Assembly: GCA_963765765.1 (NCBI GenBank)
Contig: CAVXYC010000001.1
Coordinates: forward strand, 160,001-224,000
DNA from: an uncultured Chloroflexia bacterium
GTDB lineage: Bacteria; Chloroflexota; UBA6077; JACCZL01
DNA length: 64,000 nt
Direction of reading: 5' to 3'
A model generated the notes under the pieces. It was given only the letters and a program-made list of their open reading frames with translations, was not told the origin of the DNA and ran no database searches. Below are positions 1-9,887 of this stretch, piece after piece. Made by a program: the position numbers and the translations under genes. How positions within the stretch are numbered: position 1 is the stretch's first letter; every line of letters begins with the position of its first letter.

Positions 1-1486
1 TTGAGCCGCTGCTGCTACGGTCAGTGACTGAGCAGGTGCTGTTCCTTGAACAGAACATCGAATTTGATGTTCTAGGCAACCACTTACTGAAGAACCTGCG
101 AGCGCTCGTGCATTGCGGCCTAGCCCTCGATCATCCGGAGAGCCAGCGCTGGCGGCACCAGGGCGCACTCTGGACGTTCGATCAGGTTCGGCGCCAGATC
201 CTCCCCGATGGCGGGCACTACGAGCGCAGCCCTATGTATCAGATCCAGGTCTTCTGGGACCTCCTCGATATCCTGTCGCAGCTGCAGAACGTGGGCATCT
301 CCGTTCCATCGGACGTCACAGCTCGACTTCAAGGCAATGCTGAATTGGATCGCAGCTATGCGCCATCCAGACGGAGATATTCCGCTGTTCAATGATGCAG
401 TGCTGGGGGTGGTGGGACCGCCAGACGATGCGCTGGCGGCGGGGGCGAGGTTCTTCGGGGAACCCCATGAGCTTCTCAATTGGCGCGCCCTTGCGCTCCT
501 GGGCAAGCTCCCTCGCCCCTTGGGCGCGGGTTGGGGTGAGGGTAGACCGATGTCGTCGATCTCGAGTCCCTCACCCCGCCCTCGCCACAAGGGGCGGAGG
601 GGGCCGCCGTGTCGCTGACGGCTCCAGCTGACATCGCCCTCCCAGACTCCGGCTACTACGTCTTCAGTGGCCCCAATATCTGGCTCGTCGCTGACGCGGG
701 CGATCCTTGTCCGGATGAGCTGCCGGCGCATGCGCACGCGGACGCGCTTTCGTTTGAGCTGTCGGTCCGCGGACAGAGGATGATCGTGGACGGCGGTGTG
801 TTCGAATACCAGGCCGGGATGTGGCGGGACTTTATGCGCGGCACGGCCGCTCACAACACGGTCATGGTCGACGGGCAGGATCAGTCAGAGGTCTGGGGCA
901 GCTTCAGAGTAGGGCGGCGAGCTCGTGTGCATGCCCGATATTGGGCTCAGCACGATGGGGTGCGCGTGCTGGAAGCCGAGCACGATGGCTATCAGGAAAG
1001 CCTGGGAGTTCGACATCGACGCTGGATCGCTCGGATGGAGCAGCGCTTTTTCATTATCTCGGACTTGCTGGAAGGCTCAGGTGAACACGAAGCGCGCGAG
1101 CTTTATCCATCTCCATCCGGATGCCAAGGTGGGCGATGCGTCGCTCTCCGACGACGCACGCCTGATCGGAGCGGCAACGGCGAGGCGGGATTGCTGATCG
1201 CTCCGTTCGGATTCGACGAGCTCGATCACTATGTCGGATGTCTCAGCTCACCCAGGGCGTGGTACGCGCAGGAGCTCGGGCGGAGGTTGCCATCCACAGA
1301 GATCTCGCTTCTGATGCACGGAGTCATTCCACGAATCTCAGGCTACCTGATCCTGCTGGATACACCTACGTCGGTGAGCATCTCGAGCGGCGTCAGCGAC
1401 CCAATGGTGCGTCGATCTGCGGTTTGACGACGCAAGCATTCCAGGTTCATGCCACCGCGGCGGGAGTCCGCGTAGTCCGTCGGTGA
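1..1486 (+). CDS. Heparinase II/III family protein (5'-partial, several apparent frameshifts)
   Basis: ORF pieces 24-395, 208-618 and 609-1427 carry NHLLKN, DGGHYERSPMYQ, PDGDIPLFND, HAHADALSFEL and RGTAAHNTV motifs; the likely C-terminus overlaps the next start at 1483-1486. Confidence 0.85.
508..603. repeat. BoxC-like palindromic element inside the heparinase gene
   Basis: ctccctcgccccttgggcgcgggttggggtgaggg ... ccctcaccccgccctcgccacaaggggcggagggg; same family as 38254-38355. Confidence 0.7.
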
Positions 1487-2713
1487 GAATTGCTTACGTC
1501 TCCCATTACTTCGTGCCGGAGATCGCGGCGCCCTCGGTCAGACTCCGAGGCTTTGGACATCACTGGGCGACGAGCGGCCACCAGGTAACAGTGATCACCG
1601 GGTTCCCGAATCACCCGACCGGCGTCATTCCGAAGCGAGTACCGCGGCCGGCTCATGCAAAAAGAGCGCATCAACGGTATCCGCGTCCTGCGCAACTGGC
1701 TTTACGCCACGCCCAATCGCGGCATTGCGCTCAAGACACTCGGGCATCTGTCGTTCATGGTGACGGCAGTCGCTACAGGGCTGCCTCGTCTTGGTCCGGT
1801 GGACGTCGTTATCGCCTCGTCGCCCACGTTCTTCACTGCCATCTCCGCCTGGGTTATCTCTCGCCTACGAGGCGTGCCGATGGTGTTCGAAGTGCGTGAC
1901 CTCTGGCCGGCGGTGTTTGTGGACCTCGGGGTGCTACGGAATCCATTGCTCATCAAGATGCTGGAGGCGACGGAGATGTTTCTCTATCGCCAGTCCGCAG
2001 CGGTGGTTCCGGTGACTGAGGCGTTCCGTCAGACCATTGTGCAGCGCGGCATTCCGGCCGAAAAGGTGCACGTCATTCCGAACGGCGCGGATATCGAGAC
2101 GTATCGTCCGGAGGTCGACGGCCAGCGGATGCGGGAGAAGCTCGGTCTGGGCGACAAATTCGTGGTCAGCTATATGGGCTCGCACGGGATCTCGCACGGC
2201 CTGAGCGCCGTACTGGACGCGGCGGCGATGCACCGGGACCGTACGGACATCCTCTACCTTCTCATTGGTGAGGGCGCGGAGAAGGAGATGCTCCGGGCCA
2301 AGCGAGACAGCCTTGGACTGGTGAACGTTCGCATGCTGCCGCACCAGCCGCCGGAGTCCATGCCGGAGCTCTACGCCGCGAGCGATATCTGCCTCGTTCC
2401 GCTACGTGACGTGCCAATCTTCGAGACGTTCGTCCCGTCCAAGCTCTTCGAGATCCTCGCCATGGGCCGACCCATCATCGGCTCCGTACGCGGCGAAGCC
2501 CGCTCCATCCTGGAACGATCTGGCGGTGCGCTGCTCATTCCCCCTGAAGATCCCGCCGAGCTTGGTGTCAGCCATCGATGCGCTGCGCGATTGACCTCAA
2601 CGTCGAAGTGAAATGGGTCGGTCAGGGCGGGCGTTTCTGGAGGCGAACTATTCGCACGCGGCGCTCGCGGAGAGGTATCTCAGGGTATTGAAGGTTCGTT
2701 CAGGCCGCGGTGA
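1483..2713 (+). CDS. Glycosyltransferase family 4 (WbuB-like), frameshifted
   Basis: MRIAYVSHYFVPEIAAPSVR, FEVRDLWP, PSKLFE motifs across ORFs 1483-1899 and 1655-2611; end approximate. Confidence 0.88.
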
Positions 2714-3200
2714 TCGAGTTTCCTTCGGCCTATCTCTTGACGTTCTCCACGTATGGGACGCGGTTGCATGGAGATGAGCGAGGTTCGGTCAACCGCGAGC
2801 GGAATGGTTGGGAGGAGCCGATGCTTTCCGCACAACGTGCCCTTCGCTGATTCAGGCCGAGGTAGCTGCGATGAAACAAGAGCCATACGTCGTCGACGAT
2901 CGCCGCCGTGAGTCATCGGCGGAGGCGATTCGGAAGTCGTGCGCAGTTTCGCGGCTGGCGACTCTCGCGTCGAATCTTCGGTCGAATCATGTTCAGTTAG
3001 TAGTGCAGGCGTTCGTGCGTCCCGAGCGAATGTTGGATGACTTCAAATGATGCAAGTCGCAGCATTGCAGAGCAGCTCAGTGAGTTAGCGAAGCAGAATC
3101 GGTGGACTCGACATGGGAGCACACGATATCTCTGGACATCAAAAGCAGTCGAGGCAGCGGTGCGGTACATCATGGTAGACGGAATCAAGGGGCACGGCTC
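2710..3200 (+). pseudogene. Decayed REP-associated tyrosine (Y1/HUH) transposase, RAYT-like
   Basis: Manual translation gives AYLLTFSTYGTRLHGDERGSVNR, NLRSNHVQLVV and RWTRHGSTRYLW..AVRYI, with internal stops and frameshifts; adjacent to a REP dyad. Confidence 0.75.
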
Positions 3201-3240
3201 GATGCGGATATGAGAACACCGGCGAAATTGATCTCTAACA

Positions 3241-3348
3241 CCGACAGAGCCGCATCCCGTAAGGGTGCGGTTCCCTGGCGAGCACCTCCACACGGCGCCG
3301 GGTAATTCTCGAGAGGAACCGCACCCTTACGGGATGCGGCTCTGTCGG
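3241..3348. repeat. REP dyad (REPIN-like), perfect 34-bp inverted arms
   Basis: ccgacagagccgcatcccgtaagggtgcggttcc (3241-3274) and its exact reverse complement at 3315-3348. Confidence 0.9.
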
Positions 3349-3356
3349 ATCTAGGG

Positions 3357-4239
3357 ATGATCCTCCTCACCGGCGCCACCGGGTTCCTCGGCGAGCGCGT
3401 CGCACGGTACCTCGTTGGGGCGGGGCATGAGGTGCGCTGCTTCGTACGGCCGACTAGCGATCGCTCCATGCTCGCAGGCCTGAATTTGGAATACGCCGTA
3501 GGCGATCTGACCGACGAAGCAGCGCTCGCCGAATCAATGAATGGCTGTGACACGTTGGTGAATGTCGCATCAATCGGCTTCGGGCATGGTCCGGGGATCG
3601 TTCGCGCAGCGGAGCGGGCCGGCGTTAAGCGGGCAATCTTTTTCAGCACTACGGCAATCTTTACAACGCTGCCAGCACAGACTAAAGCCGTGCGGCTGGA
3701 GGCCGAGCAGGCGATCATCAACAGCCCGCTCGATTGGACGATCTTGCGTCCGACAATGATCTACGGCTCGCCACGTGATCGAAATATGTGGCGCCTGATC
3801 AGCTATCTGAAGAGATATCCGTTGATTCCGGTACCAGGTAACGGCGAGAGTTTGCAGCAGCCGGTGTTCGTCGATGACCTGGCTCAGGCAACCGCCGCGG
3901 CATTAGCCACACAGGCGAGCATCGGAAAAGCGCTCAACCTGGCTGGATCTAAACCGCTCAGCTACAACGAGGTGATTGACACGGTGGCAGGCCTGTTGGG
4001 ACAGCGAGTGCTCAAACTACACGTTCCGCTGCGTGTTGCGCTGCTTGGACTTGGAGCGTACAATGCGCTCCGTCGCCGAGCCGCTATTACGATCAGAGCA
4101 GCTCCTCAGATTGAACGAAGACAAGGCGTTCAGTATCCACGAGGCCAGGGCCTGCATCGGGTATGAGCCGCTCACATTCAGTGAGGGCATATCGCGTGAG
4201 CTTCAGGCGCTCCGTCGCACGGCCAGTGTGGCCTCCTAG
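3357..4239 (+). CDS. NAD-dependent epimerase/dehydratase (frameshift near 4090)
   Basis: MILLTGATGFLG Rossmann motif, WTILRPTMIYG, QPVFVDDLA; C-terminus continues in 3976-4239. Confidence 0.88.
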
Positions 4240-4254
4240 TCTCAGGAATCACTT

Positions 4255-5313
4255 GTGGCTGCTCTGGCGTTTCTCATTGGCGCGGCAGCGTTTTCCTATG
4301 TGGCCGTAGCCCTGGCCAAGCGCTGGGCACTTGCTCACCGGATCATGGACGTTCCCAACGCGCGCAGCTCACATACGCAACCAATGCCTCGTGCTGGCGG
4401 GATGGGCATGGTGGTCACGTTTTGCATAGCCTTCCTTGTTGCGGCCTTCATCACGACAGCGATGCAGGAGACAGTTGGACCGGCTGCCTGGGCCGTCGTT
4501 GGCGGCGGAATTGCTGTGGCGATCGTCGGTCTTGTTGATGACCTTCGACCTCTACCGGGACGGGCTCGTTTCGGAGTCCATCTTCTGGCGGCGATCGTAG
4601 TGGTGACGGCGGGCGCGCGTATCGAATGGATCACGCTGCCATTTGCTGGCAGCACCTCTCTGGGGATCTTCGGAGCCGCGTTGTCGGTGTTGTGGATCGT
4701 CGCCGTGACGAACATCTACAACTTTATGGACGGCATCGATGGCATCGCCGCGGGCGTGGCGGTGATCTCGAGTCTCGGTCTGGCGATTCTCGGGGTGCTC
4801 GGCGGCGATCTGCTTCTAGTTATGCTGGCCTGCGCGCTCGCCGGTAGCGCGCTCGGGTTTCTCGCGCACAACTTCCCGCCCGCCAGCGTGTTCATGGGTG
4901 ATGTCGGCAGCGGATTTCTTGGCTTCTTACTCGCGGGCTTGACGCTTCTGGCCGGATCAACGTCGTCCAACGGTATGTCAGGTTTTGCCGCCGGTGTTGT
5001 GCTTGCTCCGTTCCTTCTGGACGGCACACTGACGCTGATTCGTCGTATCGCCAGGGGCGAGCGCTGGTATGAGGCGCACCGCAGCCACTACTACCAGAGA
5101 CTGGTGATTCTCGGGAACTCACATCGCACGGTTTCGTTGTTGTATTACGGATTGACGCTCCTGGCAGTCCTCGGTGCCGTTGCATATGTCATATTTCCCA
5201 GCCCGATCGGCCTTCTTCTGACGCTCATAAGTGTGGCTCCATTTTTCGTTCTCACAGTTGCCGTCCCTCGTTGGGAATCGCGACGCGCTGGACCTACGCC
5301 GAGCCACAGTTAG
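4255..5313 (+). CDS. MraY/WecA-like undecaprenyl-phosphate glycosyl-1-phosphate transferase
   Basis: PNARSSH, GLVDD, NIYNFMDGIDG, FMGDVGS, AHRSHYYQRL motifs; multi-TM. Confidence 0.92.
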   Translation: MAALAFLIGAAAFSYVAVALAKRWALAHRIMDVPNARSSHTQPMPRAGGMGMVVTFCIAFLVAAFITTAMQETVGPAAWAVVGGGIAVAIVGLVDDLRPLPGRARFGVHLLAAIVVVTAGARIEWITLPFAGSTSLGIFGAALSVLWIVAVTNIYNFMDGIDGIAAGVAVISSLGLAILGVLGGDLLLVMLACALAGSALGFLAHNFPPASVFMGDVGSGFLGFLLAGLTLLAGSTSSNGMSGFAAGVVLAPFLLDGTLTLIRRIARGERWYEAHRSHYYQRLVILGNSHRTVSLLYYGLTLLAVLGAVAYVIFPSPIGLLLTLISVAPFFVLTVAVPRWESRRAGPTPSHS

Positions 5314-5356
5314 ATCTGCGCTCGAGCTTCAAGAATCGGTAGAGTTGCAATGATTC

Positions 5357-6667
5357 ATGGCTAACCCCGTTCCATTAGCCTCCCCCACGGACTCACCGAC
5401 CTTGTGCGTGCTGGGTCTGGGTTACATTGGACTGCCAACAGCCAGCATGTTCGCCGTCTCCGGTCTGCAGGTCCTAGGGGTCGATGTAAACCCGCGCGTC
5501 GTGGAGTGGCTGCAGGCAGGGCGCATCCACATCGAGGAGCCAGATCTGCAGACGCTGGTTCAGGCGGCGGTAAATTCGGGACAGCTGCGAATCAGCCTTG
5601 AGGCAGAGCTTGCAGACGCATTCATCATCGCCGTACCAACGCCTATCACTGAGGACCACAAGGCCGACCTGACTTTCGTCAGAAGCGCGGCTGAAACGAT
5701 TCTCCCGCACCTGCGCGAGGGCAACCTGGTGGTTCTGGAATCAACGGTTCCGCCGCGCACTACGCGCGATGTGCTTCAGCCTATCCTGGAGCTATCCGGC
5801 CTGAAGGCCGGTGTGGATTTCGCACTGGCTCACTGTCCCGAGCGCGTACTCCCCGGCAAGATTCTGATCGAGCTCGTGGAGAACGATCGAATCATTGGTG
5901 GACTCACGCCCGGATGTGCTGACCGTGCGACGGAGCTGTACCGGACGTTCGTGCGCGGAGCGCTTCACCAGACCGACGCCACTACGGCCGAGATGGTGAA
6001 GGTCATGGAAAATACATGCCGCGACGTAAACATTGCACTGGCCAACCAGTTTGCCGTGCTGGCTGAAGGATTTGGCGTTGACGCTTGGGAAGCTATAGAT
6101 CTGGCTAACAAGCACCCCCGCGTCCAGGTTCTGCGACCAGGACCCGGGGTTGGCGGACACTGCATAGCGGTCGATCCCTGGTTCCTTATCGAGTCCGCTC
6201 CTGAGCAAGCGCCACTCATCATCGCTGCCCGTAAGCTCAATGAGTCGATGCCGGGCCACGTTGTCGACCTCATCAAGACTCAGTCCCCCAATCCCTCCGA
6301 TGGACCCATCGCGGCCTTCGGCCTGGCATACAAGGGCGATGTGGGTGACGTGCGGGAGAGTCCGTCTGTCGAGGTGGTTCTTGAAGCCATCCGCGCAGGG
6401 TATGAAGTGCGCGCGCACGATCCTCATGTCAAGCATGATGGCGGCGGAGACCTGCCTCCCTGCTTCGACCTCGCCGGGGCGCTTGACGGCGCCCAGGCCC
6501 TGGTGCTGTTGACAGATCACAGCGCATTCCGACGATTAGATCCTCACGAGGCCGGTGAGCTCATGCGCACGAGGCGGCTCATCGATACCCGCAACGCATT
6601 GAACCATGACGCCTGGCGCGCAGCCGGATTCCAGGTCACAACGCTGGGTCGCGGTGCACCGTGCTGA
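5357..6667 (+). CDS. wecC: UDP-N-acetyl-D-mannosamine dehydrogenase / nucleotide sugar dehydrogenase
   Basis: GLGYIGLPTA, ESTVPP, HCPERVLPG, GPGVGGHCIAVDPWF. Confidence 0.9.
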   Translation: MANPVPLASPTDSPTLCVLGLGYIGLPTASMFAVSGLQVLGVDVNPRVVEWLQAGRIHIEEPDLQTLVQAAVNSGQLRISLEAELADAFIIAVPTPITEDHKADLTFVRSAAETILPHLREGNLVVLESTVPPRTTRDVLQPILELSGLKAGVDFALAHCPERVLPGKILIELVENDRIIGGLTPGCADRATELYRTFVRGALHQTDATTAEMVKVMENTCRDVNIALANQFAVLAEGFGVDAWEAIDLANKHPRVQVLRPGPGVGGHCIAVDPWFLIESAPEQAPLIIAARKLNESMPGHVVDLIKTQSPNPSDGPIAAFGLAYKGDVGDVRESPSVEVVLEAIRAGYEVRAHDPHVKHDGGGDLPPCFDLAGALDGAQALVLLTDHSAFRRLDPHEAGELMRTRRLIDTRNALNHDAWRAAGFQVTTLGRGAPC

Positions 6668-7768
6668 CGGTACTGACCATCTTCGGCACGAGGCCCGAAG
6701 CCATCAAGCTCGCGCCCGTGGTATTGGAGCTGGCGAGATTTCCGTCCGAAGTCTGCTCCGTGGTGTGCATCACCGCGCAGCACCGCGACATGCTTGACCA
6801 GGTACTGCGTATCTTTGAGATCCAGCCGGACCTGGATCTCGACCTCATGACCGAGAACCAGACTCTTCCAGACCTAACTTCGGCAGCTCTTCTGGGCGTC
6901 ACGAGTGTGCTGGAGCAGGTTCAGCCAGACGTTGTGCTTGTCCAGGGAGATACGACGTCCGCGATGGCGGCCGGGCTGGCGGCGTTCTACCGGAAAATTC
7001 CCGTTGGGCATGTGGAAGCGGGACTTCGAACAGGCGATCGTTATCAGCCGTTTCCCGAGGAGATCAATCGGAAGCTGCTCAGCGCCATCGCCACCTACCA
7101 CTTCGCTCCTACAGACGTGGCTCGCGAGTCGCTCTTGCGCGAGGGCATCCCGAGCGATTCGGTGCTCATGACCGGGAAATACCGTGGTGGATGCGCTACA
7201 GACCATCGCCCGGAAGGGTGAAGCTCATAACGGATTGGCTGCACTCGGCGTTGAGCGGCGACTCATTCTTATGACGGCGCACAGACGTGAGAACTTTGGA
7301 GCGCCGCTGGAGAACATCTGCCGCGCCGTATTACGCTTGGTGGAGCAAAACCCCGACGTCGAAATAGCTTACCCGGTGCATCGCAACCCCAACGTACGGG
7401 AGACCGTGGAGCGTATGCTGAGCGGGCAGGAGCGGGTCCATCTCCTCCCGCCACTCGAGTATGACCAGTTCATTCATCTCCTCTCACGCTCCACGCTCGT
7501 GCTGACTGACTCTGGCGGACTGCAGGAAGAAGGCCCGGTGCTGGGCAAGCCAGTCCTGGTCATGAGGGAGATGACCGAACGGCCGGAGGGCGTCGCCGCG
7601 GGCTCGAATCGATTGGTGGGAACAGACGCCGACCCGATCGTCAGCGAGGCTGAGCGACTGCTGCACGATCCCATCGCGTATCAAGCCATGGCCCGCGCCT
7701 CAAATCCCTTCGGCGACGGACACGCCGCCGCGAGAATCGTGGAGTTTTTGAGGGACAGGCGACGATGA
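6661..7768 (+). CDS. wecB: UDP-N-acetylglucosamine 2-epimerase (frameshift near 7175)
   Basis: IFGTRPEAIKLAP, VQGDTT, HVEAGLRT, TDSGGLQEE, NPFGDGHAA. Confidence 0.93.
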
Positions 7769-7775
7769 CCAATCG

Positions 7776-7852
7776 AGTGAAGAGTGAAAAGTTAAAAGTG
7801 AAGAGCGAACAGCCGGCCATAGACGCGAAGCCACCTCACTCTTCACTCTTCA
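7776..7852. repeat. Heptamer-based inverted repeat (STRR-like)
   Basis: agagtga-aaagtta-aaagtga-agagcga ... tcactct-tcactct; a related copy lies at 62978-63055. Confidence 0.65.
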
Positions 7853-7867
7853 ATCCCGCGAAGCGGG

Positions 7868-9763
7868 TTGCCTGTGCGCCTGATCAGCGCTGAGGGTTTC
7901 TGGTCGGACGTGCGGCGGCATGCTCCGCTGCTGGTCTTAGATGGCGTCCTCACGGTGTTGGCGTTCTTCGCGGCGCTGGCATTTCGCTTTGATGGCGAGA
8001 TTCCGTTTCGCTGGATCACGCGGTTTGTTCTCTGGTCGCCGTTCCTCGCAATCACGTTCTGCGGCGCCAACGTCTTCTTTGGCATGTATCGGCGGGTCTG
8101 GCGATTCGCCGGGCTCCATGATCTCATTCGACTGTGTTACTCCGTAGCCACGGCTGGGGGCATCGCCTTGCTCTTCTGCCTGGTGCTGACGCCAATTGAC
8201 CGCCGATTGCCGCTGACCGTTGTAATAGTGGGCACCGGGGCGGCGTTTCTTTGCTTCGTCGCGGTGCGACTGTTTCCCAGGATTCGCGAGTCCTACCGAA
8301 CAGGCCGAGAGTGGGGCGAAGCGCCCGGCGTCTTGATCGTAGGGGCCGGCCGAGTTGGTCAGGCACTCGCTCGTGATCTGCTCGTGAATCGAGCCTGGAA
8401 CTACCGGCCGGTGTGCTTTGTAGACGATGAGCCGGGAAATGCTGGCCTGCGGGTCCACGGCATTCCGATCCGCGGGACGCGGACCGACATTCCGGAGCTA
8501 GTGAAAGAGGAGAACATCGATGTCATCGCCATCGCAATGCCCTCCGCTTCGGGTGAGGCGATTCGCGAGCTCATCAGTATCTGTCAGCAGACGGACGCTC
8601 GGATCCTGACGGTTCCCGGCGTGCCGGAGCTACTGCAGCCAGGCGGCGAGGGACGGCAGCTTCTACGTGAAATGACGGTCATGGATTTGCTGGGACGAGA
8701 GGCCGTGGAGATCGATCTGGACGTTTGCGCCGGCTACGTGGCCGGCCGGACCGTACTTGTAACCGGGGCAGCGGGATCGATCGGCTCGGAGCTGGTTCGG
8801 CAGATCCTGCGCCTGGGTCCGTCGAGGCTGCTGATGCTGGATAACAACGAAACCGGCCTCTATGACCTCAACCTTGATCTCAGTCCGGATCGTGGCGAGA
8901 CGGAGCTCGTGAGCATCGTGGCGAATGTCGCCGTTTCCGAGAAGATCGAGGACATTTTTGACCAGTATCGGCCGCATGTGGTGTTTCACGCGGCCGCATA
9001 CAAGCATGTGCCGCTCATGGAGGAGCATCCGGATCAGGCCTTTACGGTCAATGTGCTTGGCACGCGGAACGTCTGTACCATGGCCGCGCGCGTCGGAGCA
9101 GAGCGCCTAGTGCTCATCTCCACCGATAAGGCCGTGAACCCGAACAACGTCATGGGCTTGTCCAAGCGGTTAGCGGAGCTCATCGTGATGTCATTCGCGG
9201 CACAGGGGCATCGCTTTTGTGCCGTACGATTCGGCAATGTCCTCGGCAGTCGCGGCAGCGTGGTTCCGACCTTCCTGCGTCAAATTGAACGGGGCGGCCC
9301 GTTGCAGGTCACGCATCCGGACGTGAAGCGCTTCTTTATGACCGTGAGTGAGGCGGTCAGCCTGGTCATTCAGAGCGGCGCATTTGCTGATTCCGGCTCG
9401 GTTTACCTGCTAGAGATGGGTGCGGAGATGCGCATCGCCGATCTCGCCGAGAACATGGCGCGTCTCAAGGGGCTGCGGGTCGGCAAGGACATCGATATCG
9501 TCTTTACTGGTCTCCGCCCGGGTGAGAAGATGAGCGAAGAGCTCTCGAGCACCGTCGAGTCGGTGGATCCGACCGACCATCGGCACGTGCGCCGAGTCCT
9601 GACGCCCGAGCTGCCATCGCGGACGGCCCTGGAAATCGAGCTGGAGAAGCTTGTCGATGACCACCATGACCTGGATTCGGCCGGCCTCGTGGCACGCATG
9701 TACGCTATCGCTGAGAGGTTCGCTACCAGCGAGCGGGAGCGGTCGCAGATCGCCGGGGCGTAG
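7868..9763 (+). CDS. Polysaccharide biosynthesis protein, CapD/PglF-like nucleoside-diphosphate sugar dehydratase
   Basis: N-terminal TMs, VTGAAGSIGSEL, HAAAYKHVPLME, STDKAV, RFGNVLGSRGSV; true start may be the ATG at 7765 with one indel. Confidence 0.92.
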   Translation: MPVRLISAEGFWSDVRRHAPLLVLDGVLTVLAFFAALAFRFDGEIPFRWITRFVLWSPFLAITFCGANVFFGMYRRVWRFAGLHDLIRLCYSVATAGGIALLFCLVLTPIDRRLPLTVVIVGTGAAFLCFVAVRLFPRIRESYRTGREWGEAPGVLIVGAGRVGQALARDLLVNRAWNYRPVCFVDDEPGNAGLRVHGIPIRGTRTDIPELVKEENIDVIAIAMPSASGEAIRELISICQQTDARILTVPGVPELLQPGGEGRQLLREMTVMDLLGREAVEIDLDVCAGYVAGRTVLVTGAAGSIGSELVRQILRLGPSRLLMLDNNETGLYDLNLDLSPDRGETELVSIVANVAVSEKIEDIFDQYRPHVVFHAAAYKHVPLMEEHPDQAFTVNVLGTRNVCTMAARVGAERLVLISTDKAVNPNNVMGLSKRLAELIVMSFAAQGHRFCAVRFGNVLGSRGSVVPTFLRQIERGGPLQVTHPDVKRFFMTVSEAVSLVIQSGAFADSGSVYLLEMGAEMRIADLAENMARLKGLRVGKDIDIVFTGLRPGEKMSEELSSTVESVDPTDHRHVRRVLTPELPSRTALEIELEKLVDDHHDLDSAGLVARMYAIAERFATSERERSQIAGA

Positions 9764-9772
9764 CAATCACTA

Positions 9773-9874
9773 GACCGCGGGCGTCCCGCCCGTCCTGATG
9801 CGACCGATTTAAGCCGCCGGAGTACGGATCAAAACCTGAGCTACCGGATCGGGATGGACGCGACGCCCGCGGTC
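9773..9874. repeat. REP-like inverted pair between convergent genes
   Basis: gaccgcgggcgtcccgcccgtcc (9773-9795) and ggatggacgcgacgcccgcggtc (9852-9874), 3 mismatches. Confidence 0.7.
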
Positions 9875-9887
9875 CCGGGGAAAACGA

